From the NCBI GenBank assembly GCA_964506795.1, contig CAZDMR010000001.1:157173-221172 (forward strand): a stretch of 64,000 nucleotides of DNA, in the 5' to 3' direction. Of the stretch, positions 9,726 to 18,384 are shown in pieces; position 1 is the stretch's first letter, and every line of letters begins with the position of its first letter. Source of the stretch: an uncultured Acidobacteriota bacterium. Its GTDB lineage: Bacteria > Acidobacteriota > UBA6911. The notes below the pieces were generated by a model. The model was not told where the DNA came from and did no database searches. It worked only from the letters and a program-made list of their open reading frames with translations. The translations under genes and the position numbers were made by a program.

Positions 9726-9771
9726 ATAATCCCGTTCCGCCGGATCTTTCGCGGACGCAGCAATGCATTAA

Positions 9772-9831
9772 AAGGGGACAGGCGGCGTGCTTCTTAATTT
9801 GAACAATTAGGAATCACAAAGCCTGTCCCTT
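9772..9831. repeat. 60-nt REP-like stem-loop AAGGGGACAGGC...GCCTGTCCCTT, possibly also a terminator
   Basis: Outer and inner stems (TTCTTAATT/AATTAGGAA) read directly, 47 bp after the receptor stop. Confidence 0.65.
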
Positions 9832-10130
9832 CCTTTCTGATCACTGCCGAAATGCCCCGTCGGGAAAACGGCCCCATCCAGCTCCAAAAGGCCGCCGGTT
9901 GCAGCCTGCATTGCCTTTCCAGATGCATCTCCGCCCCTCCCGCTTTATCGCCCCCACAGAAGCCTGTCCGAGAACTGGAATATCACGGACGATTCATTCG
10001 GCAGCGTCAAACGTGCGCGTAATCACGCCGATAGCATTAGAGACTCCAGCCGATGCAGTTTAAAATGCCGGTTAATGGGAGTTATACTCAAGAAAATCGC
10101 GCATTGCTGTTTGGAGTAATTGAAGGGGGT

Positions 10131-11270
10131 ATGACGGATCTCTCGCCGACCCCATGGCGGATCAAAAGCACGGGATGCCGCCTGCCGGCGCATGGACCCG
10201 CGTCGAGGATAAAAAAATTGCGTACGGCATTCGCTTTTATCGCATTCATGGTTTTCGCAGCGGCGCTCTTCCAGGCGGCATGTGGAAGCCCGCAAATGGA
10301 AGAAAGGACCTTCGAGAGCATCAAATCGCTTCCGACAGTGGAGATTGTACGGAGGATTGCTCCCTCCGTGGTGAGACTGCAGGCCCAAATGGGCAAGGGA
10401 TCCGACTCAAGCCGGGGATCCTCTGGCAACAGCGCGGGTACCGGCGTGATTTTCGACGAGGACGGACACATCATCACAAGCCTGCATGTGATCAGGCCCG
10501 GCGACAAAGAATTGCCGGATCGCGTTTTCACCACTCTTTCGGACCGGCGGACCTTTTATGCCGATGTCGTCGGCATCGACGAGAGACTGGACCTGTGCGT
10601 CCTGAAAATCAACGCCGGCCGCTTAACTCCCGCCACCTTCGGTGATTCCGAAAGAACGGAGGTCGGAGAAGACACGGTGGCGATCGGCTTCGCATTTGAT
10701 CTCGCCGGTCTGCCAACAGTAACCCGCGGCGTTGTAAGCGCGTTGGGGCGCAAAATCGTCCAGTCGGGCCTCATAATCCCGAACGCAATTCAGACCGATG
10801 CCGACATTCATCCCGGCAACTCGGGCGGCCCGCTGGTAAACTCGCGCGGCGAAGTAATCGGCATTAATACAGCAGTTGCGGGCTGGACCGGCGATCTCGG
10901 TTTCGCGGTTCCAGCCGAGATATTCCTGCCTGCGGCTGAATCCATCATCCGCAGCGGTTCCTTCCGGCGCGCTTATCTCGGAATCGCCACGGCGGATTCG
11001 CCGGTCCCGGCCGCGGCCGGCCCGCAGACAATCAAAGGCATCCCGGTCACGCTCGTAATGGATGGATCTCCGGCGCAAAAAGCGCGATTGCGGAATAGCG
11101 ATTTAATTTTTTCCATCGGAGGAGAAATCCCGACAACAGGCGCCGATATCCTGCGGATTTTGATCAAACGAAGACCCGGTGAAAAAATCGCGATCGAGTT
11201 TTACCGAGAAGGGAAGCGGCGCACCGTCATGGTGAAACTTGCAGAACAGCCGACCGGCGATCAGCGGTAA
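10131..11270 (+). CDS. HtrA/DegP-family trypsin-like serine protease with one PDZ domain
   Basis: Triad ITSLHVI / DLCVLKI / IHPGNSGGPL; C-terminal PDZ; start uncertain (10053 or 10131). Confidence 0.9.
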   Translation: MTDLSPTPWRIKSTGCRLPAHGPASRIKKLRTAFAFIAFMVFAAALFQAACGSPQMEERTFESIKSLPTVEIVRRIAPSVVRLQAQMGKGSDSSRGSSGNSAGTGVIFDEDGHIITSLHVIRPGDKELPDRVFTTLSDRRTFYADVVGIDERLDLCVLKINAGRLTPATFGDSERTEVGEDTVAIGFAFDLAGLPTVTRGVVSALGRKIVQSGLIIPNAIQTDADIHPGNSGGPLVNSRGEVIGINTAVAGWTGDLGFAVPAEIFLPAAESIIRSGSFRRAYLGIATADSPVPAAAGPQTIKGIPVTLVMDGSPAQKARLRNSDLIFSIGGEIPTTGADILRILIKRRPGEKIAIEFYREGKRRTVMVKLAEQPTGDQR

Positions 11271-11350
11271 TCCGGCGGCGGCAAGGAGCTGGGAGGAAAT
11301 GCATGCGGCATTGGAGAACATCCGGCGGGCAAAAAGCAGGGAAAGCATTC

Positions 11351-11416
11351 TTAACCCGGATTATTCCTGAAGCTTTTACTGCGGCACCGGATCCAGGCAT
11401 GTTTACTGCGTTGCGC
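11351..11416 (-). repeat. Right-end half copy of the TTAA MITE
   Basis: TTAACCCGGATTATTCCTGAAGCTTTTACTGCGGCACCGGATCCAGGCATGTTT aligns with the reverse complement of about 5380-5441. Confidence 0.7.
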
Positions 11417-11427
11417 GGCTGAGTTTT

Positions 11428-12372
11428 TCAGTCGACATTAATTCTTTCAACCCTGCGGCTGTCCAACAGCTTCTGAAGTCGACTCCCGGAAAATCCGGCA
11501 AAATTGGCGACTTGGCTTAAAATCATAAGCAGGCAGATAAGCAGGGCTTGCTTGCCTCGCTTCCGACGAAACGGGAAAAGGATCAGGTCCATATAAAAAC
11601 GCGGAGGCTCGAGACGCAGCTTCTCTTTGCTGCGCGCTTTCCGTTTCTCGTGGAAGAGGCCGGCGCGGTATCCGTATTTGAAATGCTGCCGCAGAAACTC
11701 CCCCAGATTCATCGCGTGAAAGTGGCGCACAACAATTTCAGGCGAATAGACGATTTGGAAACCGGCCTGCCGCAGGCGGTCGCAGAGGTCGCGGTCCTCG
11801 GCGCCGACATCCGTAAATTCAACGTCAAACCCGTGCATTCCAATAAAGGTCTCTCTCGGAATAATCAGATTATTCGACGTCACGAATCTGGCGTTCTGCG
11901 AATCGCGATTATAGTACTCATACAGGTAGTCGATGAGCATCTGGCTCGACTCGGAAAAGAGATTTTTAGTCAGACAATTTACCGTTCGCCCGCCGGTCGC
12001 GCAGTCTTGCCGAAGCCGGGAGATCGCAGCGCGCATCCAATCCGGGGGAAGCGTGCAGTCGTCGTCAAGAAAAACAAGGTACCGGCCCCGCGCCCTTTCC
12101 GCCCCGGCGTTCCGCGCCGCCGCCGGCCCAAGTTTTTCTTGATTTACGTAAACAAGATCGAGCTTTTTCCCAAATGCTTTGACAACGGAATCGTAGGCTG
12201 CAGTGCTGCCGTCGTTGACCACGATGACCTGGACCGCATTTTCGCCTACATTCAGCTCGCTTAAAGACTGCAAACAGCTGCGCAACCGCTCCGGCCGGTT
12301 AAAGGTCGGGATGACGATGGAAAGAATGACTTTCCCTTCGGGCTGGGACTCATTTCCGGGCTGACTATCCAT
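11428..12372 (-). CDS. Glycosyltransferase family 2
   Basis: SIVIPTFNR, VVNDGS, GPAAARNAG, FLDDD (DxD), AEDRDLCDR. Confidence 0.9.
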   Translation of the reverse strand: MDSQPGNESQPEGKVILSIVIPTFNRPERLRSCLQSLSELNVGENAVQVIVVNDGSTAAYDSVVKAFGKKLDLVYVNQEKLGPAAARNAGAERARGRYLVFLDDDCTLPPDWMRAAISRLRQDCATGGRTVNCLTKNLFSESSQMLIDYLYEYYNRDSQNARFVTSNNLIIPRETFIGMHGFDVEFTDVGAEDRDLCDRLRQAGFQIVYSPEIVVRHFHAMNLGEFLRQHFKYGYRAGLFHEKRKARSKEKLRLEPPRFYMDLILFPFRRKRGKQALLICLLMILSQVANFAGFSGSRLQKLLDSRRVERINVD

Positions 12373-13426
12373 CTATTTCAATCATTGTTCCGCTTTTAAA
12401 GGAAGCCACGGCCGCCAGGGCTGTCTTGACGGCCCGCCTGCCGTCTTCAAACACGCACTCAGGCTGCTTGTCGTGCAAAATACAACCGGCAAAATGCCGC
12501 CAAATTTGAAAAAACGTGTCCTGAAAATCGCCTCCTCGCCGCAAAACGGCCGTCCATCCGCCGGAATCCAACCCGGAGCGGACCGCTTTTTTGAGCCGGT
12601 CCCCGATGTCGCCGGGATAGATTGAGGAGGGATAAAATCTCAGACCGTCAAATCGATACAAATTGACATGCAAGCGTCCGCGATCGCCGTATATTTCGAT
12701 TTCGCTCGCAGGACTGGTTTTAAAAGTATAGTAAGCGCTCGCCAGGATTCCGTTCGACAGCCGGCCGCTGATCATGCTCGATTCGTCCTGGTAATACTGA
12801 TCGGAATCGTGAAACGCAAAAATGCGCTCCGCACTTCCTCCCACCAGATAATGCCATAGGTCGAAATGATGCACGCCTTCGTTGAACGTCACCCCGCCGC
12901 CGAGGTCGAGATCGCGGTGCCAATTTTGAGCGCTCCTGCCGTCGCGCAAATGGGTATAGATGCTGCAAACGGCCTTTATGTTTCCCAATTCTCCGGACCG
13001 GATTTTTTCCCGCGCCTGTTTGACCAGACGATGCCAGCGCAGGTTGAAACACAGGAGGCTTTTGGTGTTTGCTGCACGGCTTTTTTCGATCAGCTTGTCG
13101 CAATCGCTTAATGTCAACGCGAGCGGTTTTTCCATAAAAACATGCTTGCCCATTTCCAATGCCGCCAGGCCGATCTCGATATGGGAAGGCGTAGGCGTTA
13201 AAATTCCGACCGCATCGATGTCCGGATCTTCCAAAAGCTCGCGGTAGTCAGGATAACGGCGCTTGATTTTATATCTGTCCGAAAATTCCTCAAGGCCGTC
13301 CGGCCGAATATCCGAGGCCGCAATAATCTCGAAGCCGGGGATCCATTTTAAAGCCGGCATATGCCTTTCCCGCGCAACCCTGCCGCAGCCAATGATTCCC
13401 AGTCCAATTTTATTCAGCTTTTTCAT
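12365..13426 (-). CDS. Gfo/Idh/MocA NAD(P)-dependent oxidoreductase
   Basis: IIGCGRVA, KHVFMEKPLA, NEGVHHFD; ATG 13426 with GGAGG RBS; 8-bp overlap with the GT2 start. Confidence 0.9.
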   Translation of the reverse strand: MKKLNKIGLGIIGCGRVARERHMPALKWIPGFEIIAASDIRPDGLEEFSDRYKIKRRYPDYRELLEDPDIDAVGILTPTPSHIEIGLAALEMGKHVFMEKPLALTLSDCDKLIEKSRAANTKSLLCFNLRWHRLVKQAREKIRSGELGNIKAVCSIYTHLRDGRSAQNWHRDLDLGGGVTFNEGVHHFDLWHYLVGGSAERIFAFHDSDQYYQDESSMISGRLSNGILASAYYTFKTSPASEIEIYGDRGRLHVNLYRFDGLRFYPSSIYPGDIGDRLKKAVRSGLDSGGWTAVLRRGGDFQDTFFQIWRHFAGCILHDKQPECVFEDGRRAVKTALAAVASFKSGTMIEIDG

Positions 13427-13446
13427 GAATCCTCCCGCGGGATTGC

Positions 13447-14598
13447 TCAAACGAGATGACGGCAGTCGATCCCTCCGTTGAGAAAATAAATCTGCACGCT
13501 GACATCGGTGGTGCCGCGGTCGCGGTACGGGCAATTGCGACAGAAGCTGATCTTTTCGCTGTTATCGCGAATCTGCCGGCGGACGTATGCGGCGCGGTCG
13601 CCGTACCATAGGTCCTTGAATGTTGTCGATTCCGAGATCTTCCCCATTTCCAGCTTGGCGTTGTAATCCTGCTCGCAGCCGACCAGCGTCCCGTCCGCAA
13701 ACACCGTGGGGAACCAAAACGGCTCCAGGCAATAAAAATCATTTCTCTCAACGCGCCGGCCGTCCCGGTATTGATAGGCGCTATGCTCTTTGCTGTCGGG
13801 CGTCAGACGCCCGTGAACCGCATCCGGGGAGTCCGTATCAATAATGGACAAGGTTCGCACGCTGAGCCAATCAAAATGATGGTCGCGGGCAAATTCTTCC
13901 AGCTCCGGCACCTGGTGCTGATTGTGTTTCATGACAATAAAGCGCATATGAAGCAGCGGCAACGCAAGATTGCGTTTACGCTTCAATTCGGCAAGCTCTT
14001 TGATCCCCTTTAAAACCGGTTCCAGCCGGGCGCCGCGCCGGAATTTTGCATTTGTTTCGTCGGTCAGCCCGTCAATCGCGGTAATAAGAACGGTGGGGGG
14101 CTCGTTGATGAGGGCGTCAAGGACCTTCTCTCGCGCTAAAAACTGGCCGTTTGTAGAGAGCAGTTTTATGAAAGGATATCTCCGCGAAATCCTCAGGATG
14201 TCTTTCAGGCGGGGATGCAGCAGCGGTTCCCCCCACGCCCATAGGGACGCGGTCAATAAATAAGGCCCGACTTCGCCGAGGATCTGCTCATAGAGATCGG
14301 GATCCATTGCCATTTTTTCGCGCTTCACCGCGCCGATGCCGGCGGGACAAACCGGACATTTCAAATTGCAGTAATTGGTCAATTCGAACTGCATATGCAG
14401 GGGCATGCCCCAGGGCTTAAGCCGCCTGTACAGGAAGTTGCCTCCTGATATGTAAAGATTGAGGCGCTTCCTCCAGCTCATATTGTTCATGCTTAACGGC
14501 ATCTGGTCATAGACGAACGCATACCGCCCGCCCGCCAGGATTTGCCAACTCAATTGGGGCAATCTTAAAACGCCGTTGATTCGTTCGCGCGATCGCAT
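13447..14598 (-). CDS. Radical SAM enzyme with C-terminal SPASM/twitch domain
   Basis: CxxxCxxC (CNLKCPVC), WGEPLLHP, STNG; twitch-like CLEPF..TVFADGTLVGC..CRNC. Confidence 0.9.
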   Translation of the reverse strand: MRSRERINGVLRLPQLSWQILAGGRYAFVYDQMPLSMNNMSWRKRLNLYISGGNFLYRRLKPWGMPLHMQFELTNYCNLKCPVCPAGIGAVKREKMAMDPDLYEQILGEVGPYLLTASLWAWGEPLLHPRLKDILRISRRYPFIKLLSTNGQFLAREKVLDALINEPPTVLITAIDGLTDETNAKFRRGARLEPVLKGIKELAELKRKRNLALPLLHMRFIVMKHNQHQVPELEEFARDHHFDWLSVRTLSIIDTDSPDAVHGRLTPDSKEHSAYQYRDGRRVERNDFYCLEPFWFPTVFADGTLVGCEQDYNAKLEMGKISESTTFKDLWYGDRAAYVRRQIRDNSEKISFCRNCPYRDRGTTDVSVQIYFLNGGIDCRHLV

Positions 14599-14761
14599 GC
14601 GGCCTCCCGATCAGGAGCGAGATTTTCAACTGCTACAGTAAACTATACTATAAGCCGCCTCCACTATCGTCCGTCGCATAAAGACGGGGACAGCGGCGCC
14701 GACACGCATCCGTCAAAAGGCTCCTTTCCCGCGCCGTTGCGGGACCGTTGAACTGCAGAAT

Positions 14762-16549
14762 TCAAACTTCAAGGCCGACGGATCGCATCAGTTCAAGCGC
14801 ATTGCTTTTTCGGACCACTCCCTCTCTCAGACGGTAGTCAAAAGCAATGCGCCCGTCTGCTATATGGTCTTCAAAATGCACATTGGAAGCATGGGGCTTC
14901 AACGCATCGACGACATCCGCAAGGGCGAGATCGTGAGTGGTCACCAGGCCGATGGCGCCGCGGCGGGCCAGTCCCCGGACGACGGCTTCCGATCCGATTC
15001 GCCGATCGTGCGAATTCGTGCCGTGCAGCAGTTCATCCAGCAGGAACAAAAGCGGCACGGGCCCCTCGGCAAGCGCCACAAGCTTTCGGAGGCGAGTGAT
15101 TTCCGCGTAGAATCTTGAGGCGCCTCCCTGCAGCGAGTCCACGATCCGGATGGAGGCCCCCACAACCAGCGGCGAAATCCTCAGGCTGCGCGCGCGCACG
15201 GGCGCCCCCGCCAGGGCAAGCACTCCGTTGATGCCCACCGTCCTCAGCAGCGTGCTTTTCCCGGACATATTCGAACCGCTCACGACCAGAATCCGCATGT
15301 CCCCCGCCAGCGATATGTCATTGCGCACGCACCGGCTTTCCGGCAGCAGCGGATGCCCGAGCCCGCGGCCGTCAAAACAGGGCGACTGCTCCGAAAGCTC
15401 CGGGAACGGATCATCGGGATGTTCAAATGCATACCCCGCCAGCGACGACAGCGCCTCGAATTCGGCCGTTGCCGAAAGCCATCCGGCGACGGCCTCTCCA
15501 TACTTTTTGCGCCAGTTTTCAATGAGGAAAGCCAGCTGCAACTCCCAAAGAAGGAGGAAAGCCAGGGGAGCAAAAAGCGCGTTCTTTCTGGAATCGAGGA
15601 GCGCGATCAAAAAATTGAGGCGCCTGATCAGGCGCGAAGGAGGGATTCCCTCTTTATCAAGAGCGGCTCTCAGGTCTTTCAGGCGCTCGGTTTGAAATTG
15701 CTCTCTTTCCAGCCGGCCGAGTATAAGGGCAAGCAAATCGAGGTTTCGACCCGCCTGCTCCGCTCCGACTACGGACTGGCCGACGATTTTTCGCTGCGAG
15801 TAAATAAAAACAAGCTCCACGAGAAGCATTAGAAAAAACCATGCGTGCTGCCCCGTCATTCCCCAGACCGCCAGCGACGCCGCGGTCGCGGCGGCCGCAA
15901 GACCGGAAAGAAGCCTCAGCAGGCCGGAATTCAACCTGGGCGGCGCCTGCGCCCACCCGATCAGCGGAGCAGGGCGGATGCCTACCCGGACGTCGGTTCC
16001 AAGCGATGCAAGATCCTCCCGCAGATCAAGTTTAAAACGCAGCTCGTCGACGGCGCTTTGCCTCAATAAAATCACCTGGGCGGGCGCCGCCGATTTGAGC
16101 CAGGATGCCAGCAGCTCTTCTCCGGCGTGCGTGCGGGCGCAGCACAGCAATTCGAACAAGGATCCGCCTCCGAAAAGATCCAGATCCTCGGCGTAGGGGT
16201 GCGACGGATCCCTGAACAAATCTCCCGCGGCGCCTGTCCCTTTCCAGCGTTCCTCGAGGCGGGCCAGCCCCTTTTCATAAAAGTCGACCGCATGCCGCAA
16301 ACGCCGAAGTTTCGCGAGAACGCGGCTGTGCCAGACCATCAATGCCATAAATCCGCATAGGGGCGCCAGGAGCCACCATCCGGAAACAGCGCCCCGAAAA
16401 AAAGCGAACCAAGCCATCGCGGCCGCCGACAAAAAAACTGCCAGGCGCAAGTTGCCTATCTGCCGGTGCCTGGATTCACACTTTGCCGCGGCAGCGCGCC
16501 TCGCATCCAGCCGCCGCACATATTCGCCATGCGGTTCTCTATCCATCAC
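14762..16549 (-). CDS. Membrane-anchored MutS domain-V-only ATPase (MutS-related, not the repair MutS)
   Basis: Hydrophobic helix pairs; Walker A GSNMSGKST, LLDELLHGTN, TTHD; no mismatch-binding domain. Confidence 0.85.
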   Translation of the reverse strand: MMDREPHGEYVRRLDARRAAAAKCESRHRQIGNLRLAVFLSAAAMAWFAFFRGAVSGWWLLAPLCGFMALMVWHSRVLAKLRRLRHAVDFYEKGLARLEERWKGTGAAGDLFRDPSHPYAEDLDLFGGGSLFELLCCARTHAGEELLASWLKSAAPAQVILLRQSAVDELRFKLDLREDLASLGTDVRVGIRPAPLIGWAQAPPRLNSGLLRLLSGLAAAATAASLAVWGMTGQHAWFFLMLLVELVFIYSQRKIVGQSVVGAEQAGRNLDLLALILGRLEREQFQTERLKDLRAALDKEGIPPSRLIRRLNFLIALLDSRKNALFAPLAFLLLWELQLAFLIENWRKKYGEAVAGWLSATAEFEALSSLAGYAFEHPDDPFPELSEQSPCFDGRGLGHPLLPESRCVRNDISLAGDMRILVVSGSNMSGKSTLLRTVGINGVLALAGAPVRARSLRISPLVVGASIRIVDSLQGGASRFYAEITRLRKLVALAEGPVPLLFLLDELLHGTNSHDRRIGSEAVVRGLARRGAIGLVTTHDLALADVVDALKPHASNVHFEDHIADGRIAFDYRLREGVVRKSNALELMRSVGLEV

Positions 16550-16708
16550 CGCCGTCGCTCCCTTATCATTTCGTTCTTTGCCGCAGCCTTCCCGCAGATA
16601 TAATCGATCTCATTGAAGGCACGACAAGATTAGTCGGGAGCGCCTTGAAATGCAATCCGGTATCTCGCGGCGACCGACGCTTCGGCGGATGAGAGGGGAG
16701 GAACCCAG

Positions 16709-17278
16709 ATGAGAGTAGTGGGGATAGCGGGAAGCCCGCGAAAAAACGGCAACACGGAAATAATGATGCATGAAGTACTCCGGGCGGCCCGCGAAGCGGG
16801 CTGCGAGACGGAAGCGTTTCTGATGTCGGGAAAGCAGGTAACGCCGTGCGATGCGTGCGGAACCTGCTTCGAAGCGGGATCCTGCTGGATTCAGGATGAT
16901 ATGCAGGAGCTGTATGCCATGCTGAACCGGGCGGACGCGGTGGTTTTCGGCAGCCCGGTTTATTTCGGCACCGTCAGCGCGCAGACCAAGGCGGTCATGG
17001 ATAGGATGTTTGCTCTCCTTGGGCGCCGCGCCTTAAAAGACAAGATTGCGGGAGCCCTCGTTGTCACCCGAAGAGTCGGCGCCGTCCAGGCGCGTTCCTT
17101 GCTATACGGTTTCTGCATAACGCACGGCATGATTGTCGCCGGAGGCGCCATCGGCTACGGAAGAGAGCCGGGAGACGTGCTGGCCGGAGTCGGAGGCGGC
17201 ATCGATGCATCCGCGATGGAGGAGGCGAGGCTGCTGGGAGAGAGCATCGCCCGGATGGGCAGGCGCTTGAAGAAATAA
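16709..17278 (+). CDS. Iron-sulfur flavoprotein / NADPH-dependent FMN reductase family
   Basis: GSPRKNGNT, CDACGTC-x5-C cluster motif, GSPVYFG. Confidence 0.88.
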   Translation: MRVVGIAGSPRKNGNTEIMMHEVLRAAREAGCETEAFLMSGKQVTPCDACGTCFEAGSCWIQDDMQELYAMLNRADAVVFGSPVYFGTVSAQTKAVMDRMFALLGRRALKDKIAGALVVTRRVGAVQARSLLYGFCITHGMIVAGGAIGYGREPGDVLAGVGGGIDASAMEEARLLGESIARMGRRLKK

Positions 17279-17331
17279 GGGAATCGGGATATCCATCCAT
17301 CGAATTCTGCCGCCCGGCGGGAGTGCCGCCC

Positions 17332-17697
17332 TTATTTCCGGTCTCCCCAATAATCCCCCAGCTTGTCCACCAGCTTGCCGCAGTTTCGAATGATTTGTGC
17401 GATTTCCGCAGCCGTAATTTTATCCACATGGATCCCGGCTATGGCGCATACGGGCTTTTTATATCGCTTGCATAACCGATAGGCTGCGCTTCGGGCAACG
17501 GCATCTTCCTTATGGCCCAGCCTTGTCAGCACAGACGCGGAAGCCCGGTTGCGTTCATGATCGTAATCCGCCACGGCGACGGCGCCCAGATGCGCATCCC
17601 CATTAAAGATGAAAACAATCGGGTCCTTCCCCAGCCATTCGATGGAAAGGCTGACTTTGGTTCGTCCGGCGCCTTCGCTGAGTATTTTCCTTTTCAT
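17332..17697 (-). CDS. LpdD-like prenylated-flavin chaperone
   Basis: AHLGAVAV, LGHKEDAVA, VCAIAGIHVDKIT; ATGA overlap with the ubiX stop. Confidence 0.65.
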   Translation of the reverse strand: MKRKILSEGAGRTKVSLSIEWLGKDPIVFIFNGDAHLGAVAVADYDHERNRASASVLTRLGHKEDAVARSAAYRLCKRYKKPVCAIAGIHVDKITAAEIAQIIRNCGKLVDKLGDYWGDRK

Positions 17698-18266
17698 ACC
17701 CGTTTGCCGCCGCCCGGCCACCGCTTGAACAAGCGATGCTCGATGCGGAAAAGGTCCAGCGCCTTGCCCACCGTGTGATCGACGATATCCTGGACCGAAC
17801 GCGGATGATGGTAGAAAGCCGGGACTGGAGGCATGATGATGCCGCCCATTTCGGTGACGATCGCCATGTTTCTCAAATGAACAAGATGAAGCGGCGTTTC
17901 GCGAACCAAAAGCACCAGGCGGCGGCGCTCTTTCAAAGTGACATCCGCGGCCCTGGTCAGCAGGTTGTCAGCGTACGAGTGGGCCAGGGCGGAAAGCGTC
18001 TTCATGCTGCAGGGAGCGATGATCATGCCGTCATGCAAAAACGAACCGCTGGAAAGGCAAGCGCCCAGGTCGTCGATGCCATAATTCCAGGATGCCAATG
18101 ACCGGATATCGTCAGCTCTATATTCGGTTTCAATTTCAATGGTTCGCTCCGCCGCGGGGGTAATGACAAGGTGAGTTTCCACGTTCTTGCAGCCTGCCAA
18201 AACCTGAAGCAGCCTTATTCCGTATACGGCTCCCGTGGCACCGTTCATGCCGATGAGTATTTTCAA
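17694..18266 (-). CDS. ubiX: Flavin prenyltransferase UbiX
   Basis: GATGAVYG, SSGSF, APCSMKTL, RAADVTLKERRRLVLLVRETPL. Confidence 0.93.
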   Translation of the reverse strand: MKILIGMNGATGAVYGIRLLQVLAGCKNVETHLVITPAAERTIEIETEYRADDIRSLASWNYGIDDLGACLSSGSFLHDGMIIAPCSMKTLSALAHSYADNLLTRAADVTLKERRRLVLLVRETPLHLVHLRNMAIVTEMGGIIMPPVPAFYHHPRSVQDIVDHTVGKALDLFRIEHRLFKRWPGGGKRV

Positions 18267-18384
18267 TCCCCGTTCTCCTCAATGTATCCGCTTACTATAA
18301 CGCCAACACCCTGAAGACTCGAAGCATCCATAATGGGAAGAAGCCGATCGTAAGAGCGTGATCCGCATAAGAAAACATGGGCGC

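Noticed and set aside
13427-14761. RiPP precursor peptide for the radical SAM/SPASM enzyme
   Set aside because: No small ORF with RBS, leader or RRE partner in the flanking gaps; the neighbours point to carbohydrate chemistry.
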